From NCBI GenBank assembly GCA_030603365.1, contig JAUVXV010000014.1, positions 59,752-123,751 of the forward strand: a DNA stretch of 64,000 nucleotides, in the 5' to 3' direction. Position 1 is the first letter of the stretch; each line of letters starts with the position of its first letter. Below the pieces are notes generated by a model. It worked only from the letters and a program-made list of their open reading frames with translations, made no database searches and had not been told where the DNA came from. Below, in pieces: positions 10,701 through 20,437 of this stretch. The position numbers and the translations under genes are program-made. Source of the stretch: Candidatus Heimdallarchaeota archaeon (lineage in GTDB: Archaea > Asgardarchaeota > Heimdallarchaeia > Heimdallarchaeales > Heimdallarchaeaceae).

Positions 10701-11469
10701 AAAAGAAATCTTAGAAAAACTAGTGAACAATGAGATTTCAATCGAAGAAGCTGATAGAATTTTATCATCTGTTCAGATTGAAGAAGTAGGAAATATCGCA
10801 AATTATGATCTGTTCAGAGAAAGAAGAACAGGAATTCCTGAGATCATCTATTCAGAGACAAAAAGTCCTGAAATGGTATTAGAGATTGCTGAGAAAGTAT
10901 TGACTAAGAAACCAATTGTTTTGCTATCCAGAATGAAACCCGAACACGTTGAAATAATTAAGAAGCTTGAACAGAACTACGACCTTGAATTTGGAACTAA
11001 TCACAATTTCTGCAGGATTAAACACAAAAACTTCACTCTTAATTTAGATAAAGGAAAAATTGGTATAATAACAGCTGGCACATCTGACTTACCAGTTGCA
11101 GAAGAAGCCAGAGCTATTGCAGAAATGATGGGTTGCGAGGTTCATCTAATCAATGATGTTGGTGTTGCTGGCATTCATAGACTCTTTCAACCATTAAAAG
11201 AATTAATAGAAAAACAAATTGATGCTCTTATTGTTGCTGCTGGAATGGAAGGAGCTTTACCTACTGTAATAGCAGGATTAGTTGACATACCAGTTATTGG
11301 ATTACCAATATCTACTGGTTATGGTTTTGGGGGTAAAGGTGAAACAGCATTGATGAGTATGCTCCAAACTTGTTCTCTAGGTTTAGCAGTAGTAAATATT
11401 GATGCTGGAATCAGTGCAGGAGCTATGGCGGCAAAAATCGCATCTAGAAGATATGAACAAAAAGGTTAA
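10684..11469 (+). CDS. larB: NPN biosynthesis carboxylase/hydrolase LarB (AIR-carboxylase fold)
   Basis: TAGTSDLPVAEEA, DVGVAGIHR, AGMEGALP, PISTGYG, CSLGLAVVNID. Confidence 0.92.
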   Translation: MNSVNRKEILEKLVNNEISIEEADRILSSVQIEEVGNIANYDLFRERRTGIPEIIYSETKSPEMVLEIAEKVLTKKPIVLLSRMKPEHVEIIKKLEQNYDLEFGTNHNFCRIKHKNFTLNLDKGKIGIITAGTSDLPVAEEARAIAEMMGCEVHLINDVGVAGIHRLFQPLKELIEKQIDALIVAAGMEGALPTVIAGLVDIPVIGLPISTGYGFGGKGETALMSMLQTCSLGLAVVNIDAGISAGAMAAKIASRRYEQKG

Positions 11470-11494
11470 TATTATCAAGTAGAGATTACGAACA

Positions 11495-12286
11495 ATGAAT
11501 ATAGTAATTACTGGTAGTTCTAAAGGGATAGGATTAGCATTAGCAAAAGAATTCTTGAAATATGGAGATAGCGTTGTAATCTCATCTCGTAATGAAGAGA
11601 GAGTAAATGGCACAGTTAAAAACCTAAAATCAGAATTTCCTGAGACAAAAGTTCTAGGTATAAAATGTGATGTAACTCAACCATCCGATGTAGCAAATCT
11701 AGCTAAATCCACATTGGATACATTTGGAACCATAGATATTTGGATAAACAATGCTGGAACCAGTGGATTTCAATATCAACCCCTACAAGATGTAGATGAT
11801 GAAATTCTTCAACAAGTATTTGAGACAAACATTCTTGGAACCCTTTATGGTTGTAAAGAAGCAATCAAGATAATGAAAGAACAGAAACAAGGAAAAATCT
11901 TCAATTTCGCAGGGATGGGAGCAAATGGAATGGCTTCACCCAATCTGGCAGCATATGGAGCATCAAAAAGTGCTATTCCTCAGCTAACTAAATCTCTCGC
12001 TAAAGAACTCAAAGAATCTGGAGTTCTAATAAATCACGTAAATCCTGGTTTAGTAGTAACAGATTTTATAACTACTAATACTCCTTCTGAAGCAGCAACT
12101 ATTTTCAACATCTTGGCCAGTAGACCTGAAAAAGTTGCTAAATTCATCGTACAAAAAATGAGGACTATCAACAAGAGTAACAAAAACATAAATTACATGA
12201 AAACAGGTAAAGCATTCTGGAGATTTATGACTGCAGGTTTCAGAAAAGGGAAATATTTCGATAAAGAAGGTAATTTCAAAGGTTGA
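11495..12286 (+). CDS. Short-chain dehydrogenase/reductase
   Basis: TGSSKGIG, WINNAG, YGASK (YxxxK). Confidence 0.9.
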   Translation: MNIVITGSSKGIGLALAKEFLKYGDSVVISSRNEERVNGTVKNLKSEFPETKVLGIKCDVTQPSDVANLAKSTLDTFGTIDIWINNAGTSGFQYQPLQDVDDEILQQVFETNILGTLYGCKEAIKIMKEQKQGKIFNFAGMGANGMASPNLAAYGASKSAIPQLTKSLAKELKESGVLINHVNPGLVVTDFITTNTPSEAATIFNILASRPEKVAKFIVQKMRTINKSNKNINYMKTGKAFWRFMTAGFRKGKYFDKEGNFKG

Positions 12287-12305
12287 ATATGAATGCTTTG
12301 CTTAT

Positions 12306-13943
12306 TCAATCTTGCTTCATAGTATTTCTTCCTATATTTCTGAGGAAATGCTTAATTCGTTTATAAAAACTGATTGAACTTGTTTTAATATATTTGAAAA
12401 ATTCTTTGAAATCAGTTTTTAGGGTTTTGTAGTTAGTCTTCTTGAAAACTTCTTTGTAATAAGAACCAGGCAACAATGGAGAAAATAGCATTAACACTCC
12501 TAACAGTAATAGTGGGTGCAAGAATCGGATTTCAATCATTATTATCCAATTAATGTAGTAAATAACAATAGTAAGAGAAAGCAATAAGAATACAACTAGA
12601 AGAAACCATAATGCTTGTTTAACTGCATTTATTTGAATAGTTTTTTTATTTTCCACTTCTATAGTTTTCTTCTTTATTATCAAATTTTGCAAATAATCCA
12701 CAAAATTGTTGATGAAAAGAATACAAGATATTATCAAAAAAGGATTAAGAAATGCGTCATAATATTTGTAGATCCCTCTTGAAATAAATGTGTGAACAAT
12801 AAGAAATAGCCACGTTATGTAGTAAAAAAATATGCTATCATCTGATCCAAGCTTTTTTGCATTAAAATGTCCTACAAACAGTCCAAACCCATAAGTTAGA
12901 ATAAATGGCAACATAGGGATATTTATCCACATGTAGAAATTAGCTAGAGCTTTAGAGCCAAAATAGAGGATGGTATTTGCAAAAGTTACACCATGTGAAA
13001 AACCTTCTGATCCAAGTGTTACATACCATAATGGTCTTCCAGCTGCAAAGATTCTACCTATATAGAGATGAGGAGTAATGAATATCCATGGAATTGAAAA
13101 TACTAAGAAGGAAACTAGAAATGGTCTGAGAAATTTCTTAAAAGCTGTTTTAATATCATGCTTCTTCCAAATGATAGAAAACATTGGGATTAAGATAAAC
13201 AAGGGAATCTGCTTGGTTAACCAAGCCACAGAAAGTGAGTATGCAGATAGTTTATATTTCTCTTTAACAAAGAACAGTAGACTTAGCAAAGTAAAGAAAA
13301 CCATTTGAGGGATATTTAGATAATAAGCGTCAATATAAAGAAGATTTATTGGCATGAAGATAAAAGCAAAAGCACCAATTAATCCTAGTAAATGTTTCTT
13401 TATTCTTTTTTCTTTTAAAGATGAGAAATTAATTATTAGCAGATATACCATTACAGCTGAAAGAGCATCAAAATTCAAGGCAGTCCACTTAACAGCATTT
13501 TCTACTAATAGCTCTTGTGATAATCCTGGAAACGCTATATTTAGAAGTAAAAATGTGAAATATAGCCCATAGATGAACATAGGTCCATAAAGATAGTAAT
13601 CCAATGGTCCGTCATATCTATTATAGGGATTCCACCAATCAACAAATTCATTCAGATAAGTTGTGTAATAATAAGAAGCATCACTATAAATTTCTAAGTT
13701 CCAAACTACAGCTGTTTCGGATGAGTTGATCCATGTGTAATTAAATGGAGGAGTATCAAAAGGACTAACAGTTGCATGAATCCAAGATGCTATTTTTGTT
13801 TTAAAAACAAGGGCTAAAACAAACACTAAACACGAAAGAATGATTGCCACAACGGAATCTATCTTAATCTTCTTCTTAATATCGATGTAAAAAAAGTTGA
13901 TTACTTTACCCTCTTTCTCTCGTAATTCAGCCATTAAATTCAA
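12306..13943 (-). CDS. Polytopic membrane protein, GT-C-like glycosyltransferase
   Basis: About 12 TM segments; luminal YSD...NPY...YLYGP loop and TKQIP motif typical of GT-C enzymes. Confidence 0.55.
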   Translation of the reverse strand: MNLMAELREKEGKVINFFYIDIKKKIKIDSVVAIILSCLVFVLALVFKTKIASWIHATVSPFDTPPFNYTWINSSETAVVWNLEIYSDASYYYTTYLNEFVDWWNPYNRYDGPLDYYLYGPMFIYGLYFTFLLLNIAFPGLSQELLVENAVKWTALNFDALSAVMVYLLIINFSSLKEKRIKKHLLGLIGAFAFIFMPINLLYIDAYYLNIPQMVFFTLLSLLFFVKEKYKLSAYSLSVAWLTKQIPLFILIPMFSIIWKKHDIKTAFKKFLRPFLVSFLVFSIPWIFITPHLYIGRIFAAGRPLWYVTLGSEGFSHGVTFANTILYFGSKALANFYMWINIPMLPFILTYGFGLFVGHFNAKKLGSDDSIFFYYITWLFLIVHTFISRGIYKYYDAFLNPFLIISCILFINNFVDYLQNLIIKKKTIEVENKKTIQINAVKQALWFLLVVFLLLSLTIVIYYINWIIMIEIRFLHPLLLLGVLMLFSPLLPGSYYKEVFKKTNYKTLKTDFKEFFKYIKTSSISFYKRIKHFLRNIGRNTMKQD

Positions 13944-14005
13944 TATTAATGGAAATTAAATCAGTTTTAAATATTGTTGAAGAAATGTAATTCTCATCTT
14001 TATTA

Positions 14006-14536
14006 TTACCCATGAAAATTTCTTTCTCCAGCTTTGATTTCTACTTTTAGGTTATTTTCAAAAGGTGTCAGAGGACAAGTCCATTTGTCACTATAAGCGC
14101 AGTAAGGATTGTATGCCAAATTAAAATCGAGAATAAATGAGTCTTTGGATTGTTTCTCCAATTCTATATATCTACCAGCTCCGTAGGTTTCTTCTCCACT
14201 AGTTTGATCTTTAAAAGGAACGAAGAGATAATCTGAATTAGGTTGTTTATAGACAGTTAAACTATTGGTTTTTCCCTCAACATCAAATTCCACATAACCA
14301 AAACGGATGTAATTTTGTATATTCCCTGTGGATGTTCTCATTTCTATTTCTTGTTGTTGTGAATATTCTTTTAACTCGACAGAGTAAAGATAGCTCTCAT
14401 CTATGTCATAATAATCTAAAGCTTTGAAACTGGAAATTTGTTTTTCAGTCAGTGGTGAATAATGTTGATTTTTGAAGAAATCATTCTTCTGTTCTCGATG
14501 TTTTTCTACATCTTCTTTGTAATTCATGAGACTCAA
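14006..14536 (-). CDS. DUF1684 family protein
   Basis: PFKDQTSGEETYGAGRY and LDFNLAYNPYCAYS...CP...AGE. Confidence 0.88.
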   Translation of the reverse strand: MSLMNYKEDVEKHREQKNDFFKNQHYSPLTEKQISSFKALDYYDIDESYLYSVELKEYSQQQEIEMRTSTGNIQNYIRFGYVEFDVEGKTNSLTVYKQPNSDYLFVPFKDQTSGEETYGAGRYIELEKQSKDSFILDFNLAYNPYCAYSDKWTCPLTPFENNLKVEIKAGERNFHG

Positions 14537-14623
14537 TATTTCATGGTTTTTTCAGTATTTATTTTATCGCTTTTTACTAAAATTGGACAGATACAAAATC
14601 TTATTAGAAAAATCAACTGATTT

Positions 14624-15520
14624 GTGCTCGGGATGACTGGACAGACAGCAAAACAGAACCCAGATGATACTATCAAAGAAGGGAACTTTCAATGGATATT
14701 AGATGAATTGCCTTTTGGAGTTTCTGTGCAAACATTAGATCGTAAGATTCTCTATGAAAATGAAGTCGTTAAAGAATTAGTCGGCTCCTACATTTATAGA
14801 CATTGTTTCAATAGATGGCACTATCTTCCAGGACAAGGAGATCAACCTTGTAAAGATTGTCCTGCTATTATTGGATTTGAGGATGGTAAATCACACAGAA
14901 TTTTTCGTAAAACTAAAGATATTGATGGAAATGATTTGTACATTGAGATTCAATTCATACCCGTTTTCAATGAAAATAATGAAATAGATAAATTTATTGA
15001 GATAGTAAGAAATGTTACTTTACTGGATAAAGCAAAGGTATTAGCTGTTACATCTCTTGAGGAGATTAGTAAATCAGTCCAGATATCAATTGTTAAGTTT
15101 GGTGAAACCGGTGGAGAGATTGTCTCAACTGACAAATTAGATTTTGCCAAGAATGAGAATCTTGAAGATATAATCATCCAATTGACTGTATACATCTTCA
15201 GTGGAGTTATCCAAGGTTTTGAAAATCAAGAAGGTCTTTTTGGTCCTTTTCCAGTTCTAGATAAAACTGATTATCTGATGGAAGCTTATTTATTTCGTAT
15301 AAAGGATGAGGAAGCTAAAGATCCTAGACTCCAAGGTATGCAACCATGTATGATATTGTTTTTCTTTCCAAGAGAATATTATTTCTTATTTGAAAAAAGG
15401 AATGAACTTGCAAATTTTGTATCTCACTACATAGATAAATGGGAAAAACTTCAAAATGTAACTGAAGAAGTGCATAAACAATTTACTATAGACATTAGAG
15501 ATTTTTTTGAAAATCAATAA
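14624..15520 (+). CDS. PAS-domain protein with C-terminal longin/uDENN-like domain
   Basis: PAS with Cys motif (LDELPFGVSV...HCF...PCKDCP...IEIVRNVT); C-terminal ISIVKFGETGG...GPFPV...KDPR pattern. Confidence 0.55.
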   Translation: MLGMTGQTAKQNPDDTIKEGNFQWILDELPFGVSVQTLDRKILYENEVVKELVGSYIYRHCFNRWHYLPGQGDQPCKDCPAIIGFEDGKSHRIFRKTKDIDGNDLYIEIQFIPVFNENNEIDKFIEIVRNVTLLDKAKVLAVTSLEEISKSVQISIVKFGETGGEIVSTDKLDFAKNENLEDIIIQLTVYIFSGVIQGFENQEGLFGPFPVLDKTDYLMEAYLFRIKDEEAKDPRLQGMQPCMILFFFPREYYFLFEKRNELANFVSHYIDKWEKLQNVTEEVHKQFTIDIRDFFENQ

Positions 15521-15616
15521 TAATATCACAATAATTTTCCGTCATACTACAAATTTTAAGCTTTCAAACTTAAATACAAAAAATAAGAATGATGAGAGAG
15601 ACTAATCTTCCTCTCG

Positions 15617-16075
15617 TTAATATGATCTTCTGTTTCCGTAAGAACTTCGTTTTCTATCCCATTTTCGAGGAATATCATGCTCTTCTAAGGAGAGATTATT
15701 TTCGTTATTTATTTCGTCAATCTTTTCTTCTGAATCTTCTATGGTACCTTGTCTTCCTAAAGATAATCTAATATTTTTTTGGAATAGAATTGTTTTAGCT
15801 TGTAAGAATTGAAAAGTTTCATTTTCTTTGATTCTATCTATTTGTTCGTTCCATGCAGAAAAATATAAAACACCTGTGTCGTCTCCAACTAGAACATCCA
15901 TTACTTTATGTTCTTCACCAGAATTTCTACTTGTTACGGTTCTTTCTTCTCCTAATTCTAGAACTTTTGCAACTACATTGATATCGCGGATATTTGGAGC
16001 GATTTCACTAACTTTCATAAATTTTATTTCTTCTTCACTCAATTTTTTCACTTCAGTGATAGTTTTTGTTTGCAT
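15617..16075 (-). CDS. ssb: Single OB-fold single-stranded DNA-binding protein (crenarchaeal SSB/RPA-like)
   Basis: MKVSEI...INVVAKVLELGE...VGDDTG...FSAWN; basic C-terminal tail. Confidence 0.75.
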   Translation of the reverse strand: MQTKTITEVKKLSEEEIKFMKVSEIAPNIRDINVVAKVLELGEERTVTSRNSGEEHKVMDVLVGDDTGVLYFSAWNEQIDRIKENETFQFLQAKTILFQKNIRLSLGRQGTIEDSEEKIDEINNENNLSLEEHDIPRKWDRKRSSYGNRRSY

Positions 16076-16257
16076 TAAAATTGCTTTTAGTATTACAAGA
16101 GAGCTTTAAAGCTGAACTTGAAAATAGTTGAACATCAATTTCATATGCTAATCAAAGCCTATGATTTACCTATAAAAGTAATATGTTTTGTCAGAAAATA
16201 TACTTCGAAAACCTTAACTGAAGGTAACAATTAAAAAGTAAATGATATTGTTAAACT

Positions 16258-17190
16258 ATGAAGTTTGGATATTATGTTAGAACTGAGCACATCTATCCTA
16301 AAATCAAAGAACTCACACAGAGAGTTGAAGGAATGGGTTTTGAATCAGTTCATGTGAATGATCATCTGATAGGATTTGATGAAAAACAAGAAAAAAAAGA
16401 GCCTTATCTAGAAGCTCTAATGCTCATGAGCGCTTTGGCTATTGAAACAAAAAAAATCAAACTAGGTCACATCGTTCTTTGTAACTCCTTCAGAAATCCA
16501 GCTTATTTAGCAAAAATGATTAGTACCCTTGATCATATATCAAATGGTAGAGCTCTCCTTTGGTTAGGTGCTGGTTGGTATGAAGAGGAGTATAAAGCAT
16601 ATGGTTATCCTTTTCCAGATGGAAAAAGACGGGTTGATGAATTAGAAGAATCATTAACAATTTACAAGAAATTATTTACAGAAGAATCAACTGATTTTAA
16701 AGGAGAATTTTGGTCTTTAGAAAATAATAGAAATTATCCTAAACCAGTGCAAAAACCACATCCTCAAATTGTCTTAGGAACTACAGGTAAAAGGATGACA
16801 GAGATTGCATGCAGAGAAGCTGATGGTATCAATCTTCCTTACGTTAAGATAGATGATTTACCTAAGAATATTACAACTATCAAAAAACACCTTTCTAAGT
16901 ATAATAGGGATCCAGAAAATTTTGAAATTTCCTATTTCGGTATCATCAATATTGTCAAAGATCAAGAAGAATTAGATAAATTAGTTCAAACAATTATCGA
17001 GAGAGCTCCTGAAGATAAGAAACCGTCTAAAGAAGAAATTCTACGCAATCAACTAATAGGCTTTCCAGAAGATATAAAAGTGAAGATAAACACATTGGAA
17101 AACATAGGTATTGATAAGATGGTAATAATAGTTAGAGAATCTGAAACTATCGAAGATCCCTTGAAATTATTAGTTGATAAAGTAATATAG
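16258..17190 (+). CDS. LLM-class (luciferase-like) flavin-dependent oxidoreductase
   Basis: GFESVHVNDH, FRNPAYLAKMISTLDHISNGR, LGAGW, PKPVQKPHP. Confidence 0.9.
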   Translation: MKFGYYVRTEHIYPKIKELTQRVEGMGFESVHVNDHLIGFDEKQEKKEPYLEALMLMSALAIETKKIKLGHIVLCNSFRNPAYLAKMISTLDHISNGRALLWLGAGWYEEEYKAYGYPFPDGKRRVDELEESLTIYKKLFTEESTDFKGEFWSLENNRNYPKPVQKPHPQIVLGTTGKRMTEIACREADGINLPYVKIDDLPKNITTIKKHLSKYNRDPENFEISYFGIINIVKDQEELDKLVQTIIERAPEDKKPSKEEILRNQLIGFPEDIKVKINTLENIGIDKMVIIVRESETIEDPLKLLVDKVI

Positions 17191-17442
17191 GTGACAAATG
17201 TGTACTCAAGTATATTTCATCGATTTAGAAAAATCATAGTAGAAGTAGCAGATGTAAGAAGATATGTAGTTACAACAAATACTTATTTTGTAGACGATTT
17301 GCAGATGACCGAAGATAATTTGGTTGAATTAAGATTGAGAATTGTGAACGAGTTTGATATTAGTGTTCCCAAAAATATTTTCAAAGAATTCACTACAGTC
17401 GGAGAAATTGTAGGTTTTATAGAATCAGAACTAGGAAGGTAA
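17191..17442 (+). CDS. Acyl-carrier-protein-like protein lacking the phosphopantetheine Ser
   Basis: FVDDLQMTEDNLVELRLRIVNEFDISVP...TTVGEIVGFIE follows the ACP pattern, but the DSL motif reads TED. Confidence 0.65.
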   Translation: MTNVYSSIFHRFRKIIVEVADVRRYVVTTNTYFVDDLQMTEDNLVELRLRIVNEFDISVPKNIFKEFTTVGEIVGFIESELGR

Positions 17443-17456
17443 GTTCTTAAGAACTT
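17441..17456. terminator. Perfect 16-bp palindrome between convergent genes
   Basis: AAGTTCTTAAGAACTT directly after the ACP-like stop codon. Confidence 0.35.
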
Positions 17457-17482
17457 CCTTTCAAGAACTGTAAATAAAGAAG

Positions 17483-18766
17483 TTAGAGGAGCTTTTCTCC
17501 CTCTTCTAAACTTAACATTGTAAAACCGCTAATCATTTTTGGATAGAAATCTGTAGCTTTTTGTGGCATTCTTTCTCCATGTTTTGCAACTTTTAAGACT
17601 TGGTCAGCACTAGTCGGATTAAGAAAGAAAGCAACTTGGTATGTACCATTATCAACTTCTTCTACAGCTTCGTTCCACCATCTTTCATAGAAGATATCAT
17701 CATCAATATGCAAGTCACCTAATCCCATAATTCCATGGAAAATCATATCTCTAAGAATAACAACATCAAGACTTTTGAAATCGTCACTAACCTCACCAAC
17801 ATATCGATTAATAGAGGAAGGATCTTTCATAATAAGAGAAACAGCTCTACCATCTTGATAAAGAACAAAAACATGCTTATCCCTGTTTTCTTCCAAGAAT
17901 TTAGGAATGTCAGATTTGAGGATTTCATTCAAATCAAAGAATATCTTAAGTTCATTCATTTTCTCTTCTGAAACCTTAACTTTAGCTAAACAACGATGAG
18001 TAGCTAAAATGACTAAACCTTCATCTTCAACAGGAACCAAATAAGTCATACGAAATTCTGTAGCATTATCTTCCTTTAAGGGGTCTGCTGTTTCTCGACG
18101 CATATTTCTATAGGTAACTGCTGTTTCATAACGGTGGTGCCCATCAGCTATTACTAGTTGCTGATCTTTGAATACTTCTTGAACAATCTTGATATGAACG
18201 GAATCAGATAACTTCCAGATGCGGTTAATAACACCTAAATCATCTTTAGCATTAATCAAAGGAGGTTGCTTGGATATTTCATCAAATAGATTTATTGTTT
18301 TCTTATCTGGATCTGAATAGAGAATAAATCCTGTTTCAAGTGTATGTCTCGTAGTTTTCAACATATTCAATCTATCAATTTTTGGACCTTTGTGGGTCTT
18401 CTCATGTGGTAAAACTATTTTTTCTTCGAATGGATGTAAACGCAAAGCACCAATGAAACCTTTTCGGACATATTTTTTTCCAAATAATTCAAACTCTTGA
18501 TAGTAGATGTAGATCCCAGGAACATCATCTTTCACAAGAATTTCTTCTAACAGCCATCTCTCTAAACGCTGTCTAGCTATTTCATAACGATTTTCTTCAC
18601 TTGGTAAAGTTAATCTGCAATAATTGTAATCTGATTGATTATAATATTGTATTTGCATTTCTGCATCGATTTTATCATAGGGTTGAACAATTAATTTTTC
18701 AATATCCCCAGCTTTTTCTGTATATCTAATAGCCTTGAATGGTCTGATATCTACCATTGTAATCAA
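17483..18766 (-). CDS. DUF1015 family protein (ParB/Srx-like fold)
   Basis: IRPFKAIRY, PYD, LPHEKT, IADGHHRYETA, MPQKATDFYPK. Confidence 0.88.
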   Translation of the reverse strand: MITMVDIRPFKAIRYTEKAGDIEKLIVQPYDKIDAEMQIQYYNQSDYNYCRLTLPSEENRYEIARQRLERWLLEEILVKDDVPGIYIYYQEFELFGKKYVRKGFIGALRLHPFEEKIVLPHEKTHKGPKIDRLNMLKTTRHTLETGFILYSDPDKKTINLFDEISKQPPLINAKDDLGVINRIWKLSDSVHIKIVQEVFKDQQLVIADGHHRYETAVTYRNMRRETADPLKEDNATEFRMTYLVPVEDEGLVILATHRCLAKVKVSEEKMNELKIFFDLNEILKSDIPKFLEENRDKHVFVLYQDGRAVSLIMKDPSSINRYVGEVSDDFKSLDVVILRDMIFHGIMGLGDLHIDDDIFYERWWNEAVEEVDNGTYQVAFFLNPTSADQVLKVAKHGERMPQKATDFYPKMISGFTMLSLEEGEKLL

Positions 18767-18977
18767 ACTAGCTCATCAAGAACTCTATTTTAATTTTTTC
18801 ATTAGAATATAAATTATTTCGAGTTTTTTCGAGTTTTGTCTGATGAGAAGAACTTAATTTAATTTAAAAATAATGATATACCATTTCAATAGGATATATC
18901 GTCTTTAAGATATATCTTTAACAATGTTTATTAAAACCCATATCTGATGTTTACAAAAGAAGAAGGTGACATAAAAC

Positions 18978-20429
18978 ATGCCAAAAACAAAGCCTAAACA
19001 CTGTGAAAAGGTAATGCATCGTCTCTACATAAGAAAAGGTACTGAGAAAAGAAAGTGGATAGCAGTTGGCTATTATTGTGATGAATGTTCAATTATGATG
19101 AAGGAATATGACTTAACAAAATTAGGGGGAATACAAGAAATAACAATTGATGCTTCTAAATTAGTAGAAAAGGTTACGAATCCAAAGAAAGTTGTCCTAG
19201 ATCCAGGTTTTTCATTAACCAAAGTTGGTTTTACAGGAGAAAAAGAACCTAGATATATTTTTGATTCTGCAGTTTATTTCTCAGATACAGGAGAATCTTT
19301 CATTCAATTTGCAGATAAAGTTGAAACAAAAACTGAAGTTAAGATGAAAAAACCAATTTTTCGTAAAACAGAGCAAGGTGAAACCTTAGATAAAGATATC
19401 TTTAAGCTATTTCTCAAACATATTTTCGACAAACTTAAAGTGAAGTCTTCAGAAACAGCTTTTTGGGTTATTGAGAAATATCAGAAAAGAAATTTTGCAG
19501 ACTTCTTAAAAGGCAGATTAGATGTAATCAATAATAGTACTTTACCAGAAGAAGCTAAAGACGTTCTCAGAAAGGAAGGAATGGTTGAGTATGTCAATGG
19601 ATTTGAATCCTCATTCTCTATTCGACGAGCTATTGCTGAAGTATTCTTTAATGGTTTTAACATTCCTAAAGTTTATTTCTCACTCGGAGAACTCCTCTCA
19701 CTCTATGCTGATGATCAAGTAACGGGTGTTGTTATAGGGATAGGTTCAAACTCGACCCGAATCACTCCCATCTATGAAGGATATATTATATCTCATGGAT
19801 TAAGCATACGCGAGAAAGGGGGATTGGATGTTGTCAAACAGCTGGAAAAACACATCCAAAAAGAGGGCATAGATATACCCAAATCATATCATGCAAACTA
19901 TCAAATTCTAAAAAACACTCGATTAGCATCTGAAGAATTGTGCTTTGTTTCACAGAATGTCAAAGATGAGAATAAGAAATGGAAACAATCTGATAAACTT
20001 ATGAGATCTATCAATATTATCAATGATAAACACATTAGACTAAATGAAATCAGATATAAGTCAACTGAAATACTATTTGAAGAAGAACCTTTGAGTATTC
20101 TAAATAATCCTGGGGATTTAGCTGATGCAGTCATTGAATCTATTCAAAAATGTGACAAAGGATTGGTTAAAAGTCTATATGCTAATATTCTGCTAGTTGG
20201 AGGAGGTACAATGTACGAAGGATTTAAAGAAAGATTCACTCAGTCTTTCAAATCGAAAGTTTCAGATCAACTAAATTTCAACATCACTGCAAAATCTGAT
20301 AGACTTATATCAGCATGGATAGGGGGGTCAATACTCTCTGGAATGAAAATTTTCGAGGAACGTAATTTCTGGGTATCTAAAAATGAATATGATGAGAAGG
20401 GTTCATCAGCTGTAGATCAATGTATCTGA
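18978..20429 (+). CDS. Actin-family (actin-related) protein with N-terminal zinc-ribbon-like extension
   Basis: VVLDPG...TKVGFTGEKEPRYIFDS, LLSLYA, TPIYEGY, LYANILLVGGGTMYEGFKER, SAWIGGSIL, WVSKNEYDEKG...C. Confidence 0.9.
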   Translation: MPKTKPKHCEKVMHRLYIRKGTEKRKWIAVGYYCDECSIMMKEYDLTKLGGIQEITIDASKLVEKVTNPKKVVLDPGFSLTKVGFTGEKEPRYIFDSAVYFSDTGESFIQFADKVETKTEVKMKKPIFRKTEQGETLDKDIFKLFLKHIFDKLKVKSSETAFWVIEKYQKRNFADFLKGRLDVINNSTLPEEAKDVLRKEGMVEYVNGFESSFSIRRAIAEVFFNGFNIPKVYFSLGELLSLYADDQVTGVVIGIGSNSTRITPIYEGYIISHGLSIREKGGLDVVKQLEKHIQKEGIDIPKSYHANYQILKNTRLASEELCFVSQNVKDENKKWKQSDKLMRSINIINDKHIRLNEIRYKSTEILFEEEPLSILNNPGDLADAVIESIQKCDKGLVKSLYANILLVGGGTMYEGFKERFTQSFKSKVSDQLNFNITAKSDRLISAWIGGSILSGMKIFEERNFWVSKNEYDEKGSSAVDQCI

Positions 20430-20437
20430 TGATGAGA

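Noticed and set aside
17191-17442. Gene symbol acpP
   Set aside because: Carrier Ser is absent, so canonical ACP function cannot be claimed.
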